In this document: one piece after another, positions 11,049 through 26,000 of the stretch | How positions within the stretch are numbered: position 1 is the stretch's first letter | How the letters are laid out: each line of letters begins with the position of its first letter | Source of the DNA: Rhina ancylostomus | Lineage: Eukaryota | Reading direction: 5' to 3' | Assembly: GCA_030265395.1 (NCBI GenBank) | Contig: JARFYF010000112.1 | Coordinates: 75,877,664-75,937,839 of the forward strand | DNA length: 60,176 bases | Notes under the pieces: model-generated | The model's database searches: none | Seen by the model: the letters and a program-made list of their open reading frames with translations, nothing else | Told to the model about the DNA's origin: nothing | Translations under genes and position numbers: made by a program

Positions 11049-14000
11049 GTATGTAATTGAATATTGAAGTACACTGCTTTTGAGCTAATGTCTGACTCTG
11101 AAAGTAAGAGTACCCAATTTAACTTGAACCTTCCCTAGGAGCAAGGCAGACTTGGATTAGATGCTTGTTTTGATGTTTGTTTTTTATGGCCCTTTGACTT
11201 CAATGAATTGGCAAATTTGGAATGGTATAAGACTGGCCTCTGATAGAAATTCATCCTGTTCCTGCAGATCATGTTAAACTTCCGGCTAAATTTTTCACAA
11301 AATTGGTGAAAATTTTTAAGCCAGTAAGCATTTGTATTTGTTTTGAATGGATAAAGTTAATATTAAAAAAGACAAAGTTAAAACCTAAAATCTTAATTCC
11401 TGCTTATTTCTAATTTCCCCTGGTTTTCTTGAATCTGCAATAAGATCATGTACTTGCTCAAATTCCCCAATGAGTATTTTAAAGTAGAAGTTACTGGTGG
11501 CAGTCAGGAATATGAATTCTATTTTATTTCTCTTTTTCATGCTCTGTTTGGATTTCTTCTGAGTAATGGTGGTATTTATTTTCAGTTTTTATTTGATTAT
11601 TTTATTTACAAGAGAATTGAGAACACTGCAGAGGGATACAATTTAAACTGTTGTTGACAAATGAAAAAAATATTCACAGCCAGACATTTAAACTAAATTA
11701 TTTTTAATATTTTTTTATAGATCTTGCACCATCATATTTCAACAATCGAGAAGCTTCCCCTTACTTCTGCAGGGTGTCCATTGTTGATTCATTGCAAGAA
11801 CTTCAGAGTTGCACACTTTGTTATTTGTCGAGAACGTGATTGCCATGATGTTTACAGTTCACTTGTCAGACTGTCACAGCCAGGTACACTACACCTTGTG
11901 TAAATTTCCACATGTAATCTTTATGCTTTTTGGTACCTTTCACTTACCTTGGTTCTATTCAATAGTTGATGCATAGTTATGGTATCTCATCACATATTTC
12001 AAAGGTTGCATCTTAACTACTTACTTTAGAGTGATTGTTGTGTAGCTAAGAATGCCCAACTGTTTCGTGCCCAGCATAATTACAAATAGGAAAATTGTAA
12101 TGATGAAGCAAATTTTTCTTACTCGTTTTGTAGAGTAAGTGTTTTTTGATAAAACCTAAATTCAAATCCATCTTGTGCAAATGGGAATGGGATAACTGTG
12201 CTTTCGCTGGCTTTAATGATCCAGAATGAGATTCCTAATTGATTTGACTCCACTGTTCGTGCTATCTTTAGTTCTATACTAAAATGGCAAATTCACCTAG
12301 AATGAATGAATTTACTAAAAGCAGAAGAACTTTTGAGGTTGAGATACATTGTCACTCCAAATTGTGCCAATGTTGGGTCATAAACAGGAAACATAAGAGA
12401 AAATCACAACTGAATAAATAACTTGCATTTTTGTTGTCCCTCAAACAAGATTATTTCTGGCTGCTTCACAGATACATAATCAGATGAAAGTTAATGCTGA
12501 GCCAAAGAAGGAGATGTTAAGAGTGACTAAAAGCTTGGGTACAAGGAAATTCAGAGCTTGAAGCAAATACAAAATTCACAGAGAGCTCAATAAATAGATA
12601 TGGGAGTATGTTTCTCCTGGCTGAAGAATCTAGAATGAGGATTACAGTCTGAAAGTAAGGACTGGGCCATTTAGGATCACTGAAAGTGAGGATAAAAGAT
12701 AGTGAATCTTTGGAATTCTGTGCCACAAAGGACACTTTACAATAAAGCTGGAATTATTGCCATCAGAACTGAGGCATCAGTACCCAAGTAACTATATCCA
12801 GAGGGATCAATGACAGTGACATCAATGTCGCTGACTGTATTTAACACTGATATCGATAGATTTCTACTATTAGAATATTTGGCAGTCTGGAGATGGGTTA
12901 GGAAAATGGTGTTGAGGTAGAAGGTCTGCCTTGATTGTGTTGAATGGCCTTCCTTTGTTGCTGTTTCTTATATTCTTATGACCAAAGTGAACAAAGACAT
13001 GGCTGCAGTGAAGAGAATCTAGGATGCAAAAGAGTTCAGAGTTTGGGGAACGTAGTTCTTTTTGGAGGCTGATGGTATAGGGATGTGAAAAGTTGTGGAG
13101 AAGGGATGGGTGATGTATCTGAAGGGATTTCAGCTTTAGAAAGGGAACTTAGAATTTTAGGTCTTGAGGGTTTTGGACCAAAAGTACATAAGCAAGGAGA
13201 AGACTGGTGGGATAGGAACAAGGTAGCAAAGTTTTGGATAAGCTCATATTTATGATGATAAGACACTGGCCAGGAAAGCATTAAAATAGACTTTGTAACG
13301 GTCAAAAACATAGGCAAAGATTTCAGCAAAAATGGCAGGAACAGAAATGGAGAATATTACTGAGATAGAATGATAGATATTTTTTGGATGGCAGAGGACA
13401 TGGGATGAGAATGTCAGGAATGACAAGATGTGTCAGAAATTGAGGCAATGCTGTTGTAATTCTCTATCTGGAAATTTGAGGTGCAAGAAAAATGAGGGTT
13501 CTCTGTATAGAGACTTGCTTTGGTATCTCTCCTAATTTCTACTTCTCACAAACTATCTTTGTCAGCACACTTCACCATGGGAAACTTTTGTCAGCCTCCA
13601 CTTATTTTTGTTTAATATTTTAGAAGTTTGAGCCTCTGCAGAATTTCCAAAGGATGCTTCCTAAAAGGATAACATTGAGTAGTACAGGAGCATTTTTTAC
13701 GATGTGAAAGAGAGGATTTTGAGAATAAACATTTGGTCAAACACACTACAGCCCAACCCTAATTTATGAAAGGGTTCTGTTTTAGAGATACCCATAGGTT
13801 GATTTTGTCTGTAAGTCAGAAAATACACAAGCATACTTGATACGGTAACCATAGTATTGTAATGAATGGTGTCATTGAGGGCCAATTAACATCAACATTT
13901 ATTTATTGTCTTCTCCTGCCTCTTTATAATGGTACAGAGTCAGGATGTGCCGCACAATGGCTGACTTTGATGGGCTTGAAGTATCAGTGGTTGCTACATT

Positions 14001-17000
14001 GTTTAACAGAGTATTTTTGCATAAGTATCAATAGAAGCCATTGCTTCTCAATTTGCAAAGNNNNNCTCACAATGGTGTCTGATTACTGTGGGGAAGTTGC
14101 ATGTAAACAGGTTTTTTTCAAGGCTAGTTCTCATTTGAATTTAAAAATACTTATGGGAGCTCTTTTGTATGTACGGGATGTGCATAAGTCCGGCGTTTGT
14201 AACTGGGGAAGGTTGTTGATGGTCAAATTAAATCTCAGTTTGTGGTAAGTAACAGATCTTGGTGAAAACAGCAACTTCTCTGCAAAACTAAGGCAGTAGT
14301 TGGTAATTTAACTACAGTGCCATAAAGAGCTAAAATTATTCAGGATATCCTCTCATGATTGTTACTCAATCATTGATGCTCCTGTGGGTGTTGGGAATGG
14401 ATGGATTGGGTTTAGTTTAATGCTCTCAAAATAGGGTTGTATCAGTTAGATACTTGGGGAGTGTTTTAAGGGCAACTGACACTCGCTGATACAGCAATAA
14501 CTTGGCCCTGTAGAAAAATACAGAGAAAGTTGGAGACAGGGAGAGAAATTGAGAGGAAGGAGAGGATGGGGGTTGGACTCTCTTTGTGGAGTGATCGTTG
14601 GACATTTTCATCACACTTAGTCACTGATCCAGTGCCCAGTACCTTGAAAACAGTTGGTCATCCACTGGGATGTAATGGATGTTTTGAATGTGGTATTATG
14701 GAATTACACATTTCAGGGGAATCTGAGGCATTGATTTAAAGATGCTCAGTATATGAGTCTCTTTAATCTCGGGTTCTGGTGCATGGGAAATTTTAACCTG
14801 GATTTTCATGATTGCGTTGAGAAGGCTGCTTTGATCTATTTTTTGTGGTAGTAAAGTTTGAATGTAGATTCAACTATGGCTTAGAACATTTGCATTAAGT
14901 AGTTATCTTCAATAGTATGGATGTCTTGGACACACCTAGAAGGAATCTTCTTCATCCCACAAATGAATAGGGCAATCTACAAAGGACAGATCTGTCTGCT
15001 AAAATGTGTGCAAAACTCAATTATAGTCTTGTCACTGAGGCTCAGCCTGGGATTCACCATCTGGATCCAAATGGGTGTGTGCTCCTTGCCCAATACACAG
15101 GATATTGTTAACTAATGATTGTTTCTTTTCTCCCTTTGTTACCTACATGGATTTAGCAAAACTCAGCAGCATCATTGCATACTTAGGCACCTCCTCCTGG
15201 ACCCCTGCCACCCACCAAGCCTTGGATCTCACAATCTGCACTAGGATGCTGTTTATTTTGTTTACTGGGATGTGTTCTCACAGATGAACAGTATAATTTA
15301 AAAACCTTGTGGATTGTTGTGGATTTCTCAGTTATTAAACCTATCATAAATTTGATAATGTTCCATTCAATAACATATAGGAGACTTGGCAGATCAGAAA
15401 AAAAACATGGAACACAACTCAGTATTTATAATTACAGTTTATATATGGGGTTTTTATTGCTGATTGTTAAGGAAGTTCCTTTTATACACCAACAGTTTAA
15501 TATTTATTAACTTTGCAACAAAACTAATTATATTTCAGTGGAGTATGAGGAACTTTATGCTTTCTCGTACAACCCTAAACGGAAGGAAATGGACCGAGGA
15601 AGAGGTTGGAAAATGATAGATTTAAGGGAAGAATTCCAACGAATGGGAGTACCTAATGAACACTGGGAACAGACTGATGTAAATGAAAATTACGAGGTGA
15701 GTAATAGTGATTTTGTACCTTTTTTATGAGCCAAGTGTGCCCATGCTTCAGTGGGATCACAGTACCCAAATAGTTATCGCAACAATTAATTGTCTTAGTT
15801 TAGCTAAATATAGTTTATGAATACAGACTTTGAATTTGTGCTTATGTTATGGTCTCCGTTAATTTAGCTGATTATGCCCAGAGCAAAGGATTGGTTGTTA
15901 TGTATGGATCTTTAAACTAGGAAAAGGGAATAAAGCAGTTACAGTGGTATTCTCTGGATTTCCTGTTTACCCATGCTGGAAAGTGTGCAAATGCGGATCA
16001 AATAGATTTGGAGTTCTTCTTGTCACTTCCTAACACTGTCCAGATTTATACCTAGGGGAAAAAATCCATCTGATTCAAGGTTCCAGAAGGCAGTCCACCT
16101 GAAACCATAACAGAGCAAGAATCAGAGTCTCTGGTGTGATAACAGGATCATACAGATCCCTAATTTAACATAATGTTTTCAGCCCAGGTACAAAATAAAC
16201 CTAAGTCTAAATGATATAATGTTTTCAACTCATACTTTTAAGTTGTTTTTGCCAAGGGTCTTTATTTCCTGGAATTCTTGACATTTGAAGCAGCATTCCT
16301 TATTTATCAGAGCTGAATCAATATCCTGTTTAATTTCTGTTTTCAGTGCGTTTCCAAACATCACCAACTGGAATTTGACTTTCCTACTGGCAGTGACAAG
16401 TTCATTTTAAGAAAACTTGCATTGAGTTTGACTGACTTGTTTACACTAGCCTTGTTATTTCATTTCTGCCAATATTTGCATTGAAGAAGTTTCCAAAGTA
16501 TAGCAGTTATTTAAATTTCCTGATAGGGTGATGGAATCTTACTCAGGAACAACTTTGAAAGGAAAAAAAAATCAACTGCTGAAGTGGAAAAAAATGCAGG
16601 AGTAGAATTAATTGTTCAGATCTTTAACAAAGTGCTCATGTATACAATGAGCTAGTGGCTGGCTTCTATGAATAATGGTGGGATTATATTAAAAGAAACC
16701 TATCGTAAAATCTGTGTATTATGCTTGTCAGTATGTTTTGCTGATTCATTTTGTTGAACCAATCAAACCATTCATTGACTGTATGGTGAAAAAAGTCTTT
16801 CAGCTTCCCAGTATCTGACATCCCTGATATGAAAATAACATTTTCAACAAGTTCACTAGATTGCCGTATTTAGTTTAAAATGCTATTCTTCATGTTTTAT
16901 TTGAAAATTTGGTCTGCTTCTAAAGTCTGGATTTCAATTCAGTTTTCCCAGGAACATTTGGACGAAAGTTCAAAACATATCTGCCACTTGTTAAGTTTTA

Positions 17001-20000
17001 AGTCTTTGTAAAACATTTCATCTTGCCCTAGCACTAGTGATCAGTGTTTAAGTATGGATTCATTCCTTTTGAAAAGATTTGTAAATACGAAGTCTTGCAT
17101 TGCAGCACAATCCAAAACTGAACAGAAAAATACCTGTTACTGTAGTTGGCTTATTTAATTGATATAATTCCTCTTGTTTGTATAATCTTCAGATATCAGA
17201 AGAATAAATGTGCAAAACCTTGTGAGGCTTAGGCTCTAAACAGAGTCATAGAGAGACAGCATGAAACCAGTTCTTTTGGGCCACCAAGTCTGGGCTGACC
17301 ATCAGGCACCCAGTTTACACTAACCTGTCCCAACCCATTGTATAAATCCTATTTGATAAGAGACGCATTTTTAGTTGATGAAAAAGAATTGATTAAAATA
17401 AAAATGAGCAAGATGCTTTGTTATCTCAATATTATTATTAAACCTGATCCAGCAGCAATAGTCATGGATTGATTAAATCATTTAGACTTTCCAGTCTTGT
17501 GATCCCCATTGTTAATTATGAAATTCAAACATTCATATTGGATGCAGGCTACCATCCTTCTAACTTCATAGGAGTTTATCCCCACAATATTACTTCAGTG
17601 TGGCAGTGACAACAAAATCAGAAGGAGGAAAAAGACTGACAGAACAGAGTATCTTGTTCATAAGTGCCCAGTGTCCAATGCACTTGGGCAGTACAGTCTA
17701 ACCCATCTGGTGATCCATGGAAAGTTTACAAGATGTATTTAAAGGTGACTACAAAATTATGCAGCAGTGTGAAAGACAGTTTAAATAAAAATATTCATGT
17801 GATTATTGTATTACATCTATACAGTGGGCAATACACAATAGCTTTAATCCTCATTTTGATTCTGTGCCAAAGACTGATGTGTATTGTGACATATCTTTCA
17901 GTAGCAAAATGTTGCAGATAAATGTTAACAATCTTAATGTATTACAGCATGGACATTCTCATTGCATTCATTCAGTCTTTTCATTTCCACCCCATAGTTT
18001 TAAATATATGGTGAAGTGTACAGCACTCATCATTCAGACAGCCCAGCAAACTTAAAGTTGACTGAAAACTGAATTATTATTTGAAGTATAGATGCCATAG
18101 TAATTTATACCATGAAAGTAATTGCCTGCAAATTGTTATATTTGCAAAGACTTGTAAGCCATTTTAATGTAAGTATACACAAACACAAGAAAGTAGGACA
18201 AGGAGAGGGCTACATGGCCCCTCAAGCCTCCCTCACCACTCAATAGGATCATAGCTGATCTACCCCAGGCCTCATCTCTTCTGTGCCAGATCCCCATTTG
18301 GGTAGAGAATCTTGGGTAGAGATTCACCAACCTCTAAAAGAAGAAATAACTAGCTGCCTTGGGTTTAAATGATAGGCCCCTTGAAACTATATCCCGTTGT
18401 TCAAGACTGTCCTATTAATGAAAACCTGTCAGCATCTATTTTGCCATGCCTTCCATAGGATCTTGTATATTTCGATAAGATCACCCCTCATTCTAACAGA
18501 CTCCAAAGAAATACAGGTACAACTTTGTTTAACCTCTCTCGATAGGACAGTCCTCTCTTCCCAAGAGTTAGTGTGGTGAATTTCCTTTGTTCTGCCTCTA
18601 ATTCTACCTTATTTTTTAGATAAGGGTAGCAGTTGCCTAAGTATCGCCTCACCAACACCCTGTACAATTGTTACAAAACCTCCTAATTTCTGAACTCCAA
18701 ACCCTTTGCAATAAAGGCCAATATGGTGTTTGCCTCTTTAGCTACTTGGACTTGCCTGCTAACATTTTGCGATTCACACATCAGAACACCTAAATCCATC
18801 TGTGCTTGACTCATTTGCAGTCTATGTCCATTTAGATAATAATCTGCCTTGGTTCGTCTTGCCAAAATCCGTGGCCTCACACTTTCCCACATTAAATTCT
18901 ATTTGCCAACTTGTCCAAATCGATCTATATCCTGCTGCAGTGTCACAGTTTCCTCATTACAATATGCCCTTCCACCTATTTTTGTATCATTGGCAAATTG
19001 GGATTCCTTGTATTTCACTCTCTCCTCCATATCAGTAATATAAATAGTAAATAATTGAGGGTCAAGAGCTAAGAAAGCTGTTGCCTCATGGTGCTAGTGA
19101 TACGAGTTCAGTCTTGGCCCCTGCTGCTGCCCGTGTGGAGTTTGCACATTTTCTCTGTGACTACATGGGTTTCCTTCAGGTGCTCCATTTTTCTCCCACA
19201 CCTCAAAGACATGTGAGTTGGAAGAATAATTTCTCATTGTAAATTGCCCCCAGTGTGTAGGTGAGTGGTTAAAAAATGGGGGTAGTTGATTTTAAAGTGA
19301 GGTGAATAAAATGGAATTAGTGTAGGATTAGTTTAAATGGGTGCTTAATGGTCATGCTGACTCATTATGTCAAAGATCCTGCTTCCTTGCTCTATAACTT
19401 TAGGACTCTATTTGTTATTAATATTGTACCCTTTAACATTTAATGTGGAAGCTGACTTTAGCCCAGAAAAAAATTATTTCTAGATGATGCTGGGCATCAA
19501 AAGTTAACACATTAAATACTAATTCAAGTTTACCCCAAGACTATTGCAGTAAGTTCTTTTTAACTGCATTTTGAAATTTTAAATTATCCAATGGAGACAC
19601 AAGAGACTGCAGCTGCTGGAATCTAAGCAACAATTGAAGTCCTTATACAGGATTTTGACTCGAAACATCAACAGTTCCTTTCCTGCCACAGATGCTGCTC
19701 GACCCACTGAGTTCCTCCAGCAGATTGTTGCTCTAAATTGTCTAAACGAAGTATTACAATTTTCTTTAGATTTGTACTTTGACAATATTGGTATTGATAT
19801 TGGTTTATTATCGTCACTTGTACCGAGGTACAGTGAAAAACTTGTCCTTGCGTACTGATCACACAGATCAATTCATTACACAGTGCAGTTACATTGGGTT
19901 AGTACAGAGTTCATTGATGTAGTAAGGTAAAAACAATAACAGTGCAGAATAAAGTGTCACAGCTACAGGAAAGTGCAGTGCAATAAGGTGCAAGGTAGAT

Positions 20001-23000
20001 TGTGAGGCCAGAGACCATCTTATTGTAAAACGCTCATTTTGTTTAAGTGTTGTTCAATTTTATGTAAATAATTGGGTACAGCTCCATATGTATTTGTCAC
20101 ATTTTACTATGGAATTTACTTTTGATTTCTCCTAGACCTGTAATACTTACTCAGCAATTCTGTATGTACCAAGAGAAGCCACCAAGCCAACAATAGTGGG
20201 CAGCTCAAAGTTCAGAAGTAAAGGACGGTTTCCTGTTCTTTCTTACTTTTTCAAGGAAAACAATGTAAGTATCTTCGCTGATAAGTGATCTTTGCTGATT
20301 TTTCATCTTAATTCCCACCCTCTCCCTTGATAATTATGTGTTTGTTTTAACAGGCTGCCATTTGTAGGTGTAGTCAGCCACTGTCAGGATTCAGTGCCAG
20401 GTGTGTGGAAGATGAACAAATGTTACAAGCCATCAGCAGGTCCAATCCAGGAAGTTCTTTCGTATATGTGGTAGATACTAGACCAAAGGTATTTTAGTTT
20501 ACCAAATGTTCAATCAAGATTACATACAAGAGTTAGTGGGTTGAAACACATTATGATTTTACAATTATTTCTGAATTAGAATAAAAATTCTTCTATAGAT
20601 ATCATTCAAAAGGGTGAGGACAGCATGAAATTCCAATGTGATGCATTTCATTGTCACCATCAAAGAACCTATTAGTTAAGTCAGTAAACTGCGATGTGTA
20701 GGTTTATCCATCAGGAGTTAATACTTATGAGTGGTCGAATCTGTAGATTTTAAGACTGCTTATTACACCATATTAATATTGAGTCAGCAGGATAACTTTT
20801 AAGCGACATAGAAGCAAAGAACGATGAATGCTGGGAATCCAAAATTAAAAACAAAATTGCATAAAATAGTTCGCACGTAGGCCAGCATATGTGGGGAAAG
20901 AGTTAATTCTCCATCAGAGCTCCCAGTTAGTCATCAGCCTGAAACATCTGTACAATCTGCCTGCTTTGCTGAGTATTTCTGGGATTTTATCCATAGATGA
21001 AAATTATTAAGCTGTGTGTTCCTGATTTTATTTTTTGTGATAGCTGAATGCCATGGCAAATAGAGCTGCTGGGAAGGGGTATGAAAATGAAGATAATTAC
21101 TCCAACATTAGGTTCCAGTTTGTTGGTATTGAGAACATACATGTGATGAGGAACAGTTTGCAAAAGCTTTTAGAAGGTAACATACCTTTTCTATGATTGT
21201 TTATTGAAAAAACAAGCAGCATTTGGGAATTGTTGGTTTAAAAATTATTAAGAGAAATTAAAAACAGAATTATTTTTGGTTGGTAAGGTTTGGTGCCTTA
21301 GCTGCTGACGCATCATTGATGGAAGTTGTTGCCACTGCACTTATTGCTTTGATTAATATTTGTGAACTTTATACATACCTTGGGGCTTTTTGTGTATGAT
21401 TTTGCAATTTACTGGCTGATAAGTACACACAAGGCTATCAGGTGACAACAAATTTTGTCAGCTTCATTTGAAAAGATTTTTAATGTAGCTATGTAACTAA
21501 TTTTGTTCTGGATCTATCAGAACTCATGAAAAATAGCCAGTTCATGTGGGTGAAATGAGCTTTTATGGGAATAGCTTTTCCTACAATGTTCTAAATTCTG
21601 TACATTAGACGAAAATAGAATAACTCTTGTCTTATAACCAGCAGCATAAATCTTCCAAAGAAATGAAATAGAGAAGGGGTGGGGGAATGACAATTTTAGC
21701 TTTAAAAAAAACAATGTAACGATTGGGTGCATGGTTTAGAGAAGTCAAATTAAGGATCAACTTTATACTTTTAGAAAATTGTTGATATTTTACAAAATAT
21801 CTTATTAATATACAGTTACTTCCTATTACTAAATTGTATGCAAATTACTCTGATAACAATCATGCTTATTTAAAAATATTATCATTGCTTTAACTTTTAG
21901 CTAAAATATTGCCCTTGGATACTAATTTTGAAGGATTGGATTAGTTTCCATTAGAAAAGACAGTGCTGTAATTGCAGTGAATGTTATAAAGGAGATGAAA
22001 TAGCAAGCCACTAAACCAATAACACAGAAAAATACGTCAAACTAACAACACAACTTTAAGTGCGAGGGCCTCAAACAACTTGTGTTTTCATTTGTATCAC
22101 TAATCAATGGGAAATAAAACAATATTGAAACATAAATGAAGAGTATGATTTTACTTTTTAGTATGTGAGCTGAAAATGCCTTCGATGAGTGACTTTCTTA
22201 CGGGCTTGGAAAATTCTGGGTGGCTGCGACATATTAAAGCTGTCATGGATGCTGGTTTATTTCTATCAAAGGTAATGGCTTGAGCTTTTTATTCGTATTT
22301 GTCATCTTTCTGGAATGTGATGAATTGTTATTATACAATGATTCAGTGGCTGAGTCACTGGTAGAGCTATGTAAAACTGTTTTATCTTATCAAGTTTTCC
22401 ATATATTCAAAGGTTGCTGTAAAATTTACGACTTTACCTCTGGTTTTGTGGACTGTTCTAGCCTTTTGATGCTAATGGAGTTAGGTATTCAACCCTTTTT
22501 TTGAATCACCTCAGCATTTTGCTTAAGTAGTTACATTTTTTTATTGCATTAATGTATGGAGGAACTTTTCGTGAATCATAATAATTGTGAAATATCTTAC
22601 TCTTAAAATGGTACTTTCCTGACACATTCTCCCTCCCACCCTAACAAGTACAACAAAATAATAACATTTCTGTTGCAGTAGTTTTCAAATTGGCCTAAAA
22701 CAAAGCATTACTTTTGAAGTTGTCATTATGTAGGAAAATTTTGCTTAAAGATTCATGAGTATTTTGTAAAATGCAATACAAGATATTCATAAAGAACATT
22801 CTGTTTTAAAATTATTTTCCTGTACACTGCTAACTCTAGGCAGTGGCTGAAGAACATGCCAGTGTGTTGGTCCACTGTTCTGACGGATGGGATCGTACTG
22901 TTCAAGTTTGCTCATTGGCTGGCCTTCTCTTGGATTCCTACTATCGAACAGTAAAAGGATTTATGGTGAGAATTTATATGGCACATGATTAATTTTTTGT

Positions 23001-26000
23001 AGGCTTTTGATAACTTCGTCTACTGACTCAACTAGCTGAACTTAGTTTTATGTTCTGTTAATGAAAATATATTATATTATTAATTAAAAAGCAGTTTGCA
23101 GGCTGAGTAGGGAAAAGCATTGGTCTGTGTGGCATCACTTTGTGCAGACGAGAACTGAATTAGTAATCCAATTGAATTATTAATCCAATTTGTGTGGCTA
23201 ATTGCTACTGGGATGGGAAAGGTGTGGTGAGACAGCAGGGGTGTACAGTAAGGCCATTTCTGAAGAAGTGAGGAGGAAATCTGGACTATATATGTCCTTA
23301 TGTTGTTTTGCATGAGTTCTTACTATACCATTAAAAATAATTTGCATGGTAATAGACAAGACATTACTTTCTTTTGGTTTTATTACTATACACCTGTAAT
23401 GCAAAATTGAGTATCACATGTTCTGAATGTTTCAGTGGTTGTGTCTCATTTTTATACTAGAGTAAGGAACCATCTAGATGAGTAGGGCAAGTTGGACAGC
23501 AACTTCCTAATTTCCACATTTAACTGTGCATATATTGTTGCTAGAATTTGTTTCTCGGACTCTTTGGTAATGGTGAATGCTGATGGCCTCACTGAATTTA
23601 CCCCCCCTCCCCCACCACCCGTAAAATCCTGGCTAACGTCTTATAAGTTGAGAAGATTCCTAAAATACCTAAATTTTTTCAGGTGTTCTCTATCAGTGAA
23701 CCTTGAAAGCATTTTCCAACTCCGGCATTGTTGATGAAAAAATCTGGACATTTCCACATGTGCTGTATTCTGACAGCTGAATGCTTTTTGAAATAGAGGC
23801 TTTAAGTAAAAGTGTAGACTTTAAAGTCAACTTGCTTTGATTCAGGCAGCCATTGAAACATGGCAAGAGCAGAATGATGCAATTGGAATTATTTGTGTGA
23901 GGTAGAATGCAGGTTTTGGGGTGGAGATGAGGATCAGAGAAATAGAGCAGAGGTAAAGTCCAGCCCAGATGCAGTTATATAATTAAGGACTTTAACAATG
24001 TCTCCATTGAAGATTAGCAGTGTTCCGGGGAGTGAAAGAAGGAGATTTTTGACAATTGAACGATTGTGAAAGTGGAGGCCTGACTTATTATTGAACAGAT
24101 TTCCAATTTTAGAATAAGATCGATGGGAAGATAGAAGTTGGGACCTGTGTAAAGAGAACAGCTTTTAGCTAAAGATAAAAAGAAAAATATTCAGTACTTC
24201 AGAGGAGTATTAGATTGTGTGAATACAAAATAATGATATTTAGATCCAAAGGGAATTGCATGTTTTTCATTGCTGATGAATCAGATTTTTTTTTGTTCAC
24301 CAAGGATCTGAGAAAGAATTATTTTCAATGATTTGTCCTCTTACAATCAATACCTGTCTTTTTTTTCAAGGTTCTTATAGAAAAAGAATGGATCTCTATG
24401 GGACACAAATTTTCCCAAAGGTAATCATACTCTCTTCTAGATAATTGGGGGATGCATCAAAATAAACTTTATCATCCTTGTTTTCATATCCCTGTTTCTC
24501 TCTTGAATACTATGAACATATATGAGCAGTAGGTCACTTGCTCCCTGAAGTCTGCTCTGCCTTCAATAAGAGAGTGGCTGCTGGACCTCAGATCTCCTTG
24601 TGGTAATCTCTCAGCCCATTGCTTATTATCTACCTATCTCTGCTTTAAAATCTCTGCTACCACAGCATTTTGAGGAAGTAATTTCCATAGACTCAATACC
24701 CATTGAGAAAAGAAATTTTACTTGTTCTAATTCCTTTCCACATCACCTTGTCAAGACTCCTCAGGATCTTATATGTTTCAATCATAGCTAAACTCCAATG
24801 AATAAAATAGCCTGTCCAGCTTTTCCTTATAAGGCAACCTGTCCACTCAAGGTTTTGATCCGTTAAATCTCTCTTAACTACTTGCAACTCATTAACATCC
24901 TTCGAGAAATAAGGAGAGCAGTAGTCTAGATGTCTCAGCAGCACCCTATGTAACTGAATCATAACCTCCCTTCTTTTGTATTCAATTCCCCTAGCGATAA
25001 ACAATAATATTCTGCTAGCTTTCTTAATTACTTGCTGAAACTGCTTGTAGCTTCTTGTGAATCTTGCATGAGGACAGAAGACCAGACAATGCTGCACACA
25101 CTCAGCAAATCAGGTAGCATCTGTGCAAAGAACAAGAGTTAACACTTCAAATTGGAGACTCTTCATCACAGCTGGAGAAATGAGAAAATTAGTTAGTTTT
25201 ATGGTACAGAGAGAGTGGGGGTGAAATTGGTAGGACAAAAAGAATAACTCTGAAAGGGTGAGGCCAGGGTAGGCTTCATGATCCACGATGAAGCTATTGG
25301 ATTGCTAGGGCAGTTAGAGAGAAAATGTACAAAGGAACACCTAAAAGCTACATAAGAAATGGCCAGTTCTGATACAACAGAAAAGCAAATTACCCAGAAT
25401 TGTAGAATTCAATGAGTCTAGAAAGCTGCAGTATTCTCAGGTGGAAAGTGAGTGGGTTGGAGAATTGATAGGTAACTGAAAGTGGCTGATTGCAGATGTT
25501 CCAAAAGGCAGTCACTCATTCTGCATTTGGTTTCCCCAACATGATGTACACTTCTTCCATTCTAGTGTACTGCACCTGGAGGAAACCCACATGGTCATAG
25601 GGAGAACGTGCAGACTGCATACAGACAGCACCTGAGGTCTGCATTGAACCCAGGTCTCTGGCAATGTGAGGGTCTATTCTACCTGCAGCACCACTCTACC
25701 ATTTGTATCCTTGGGCAAGAAAATAAAAAAAACTGCAGATGTTGGAAGTCTGAAATAAAAGCAAAACATGCTGGGAATGCTCAGCAGATAAAGGCAACAT
25801 TCGTGGAAAGAGGATAAGAGTTAACATTTTAGGTGGAAGACCCTTCATCACAATGAGAAATTGCTCCTAGTGTGTAGATGGGTGGTAGAATCCAGGGGGA
25901 ATTGATGTCAATGTGGGGAAAATAACAACTAGGATTAATGTAGGATTTGTTTCAGTGCTCAGCAAGGACACAGTGGGCTGAAAGGCCTGCTTCCATGCCA

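Noticed and set aside
19070-19140. tRNA gene
   Set aside because: It is the decayed tRNA-derived head of a SINE, followed by a V-domain; no cloverleaf.
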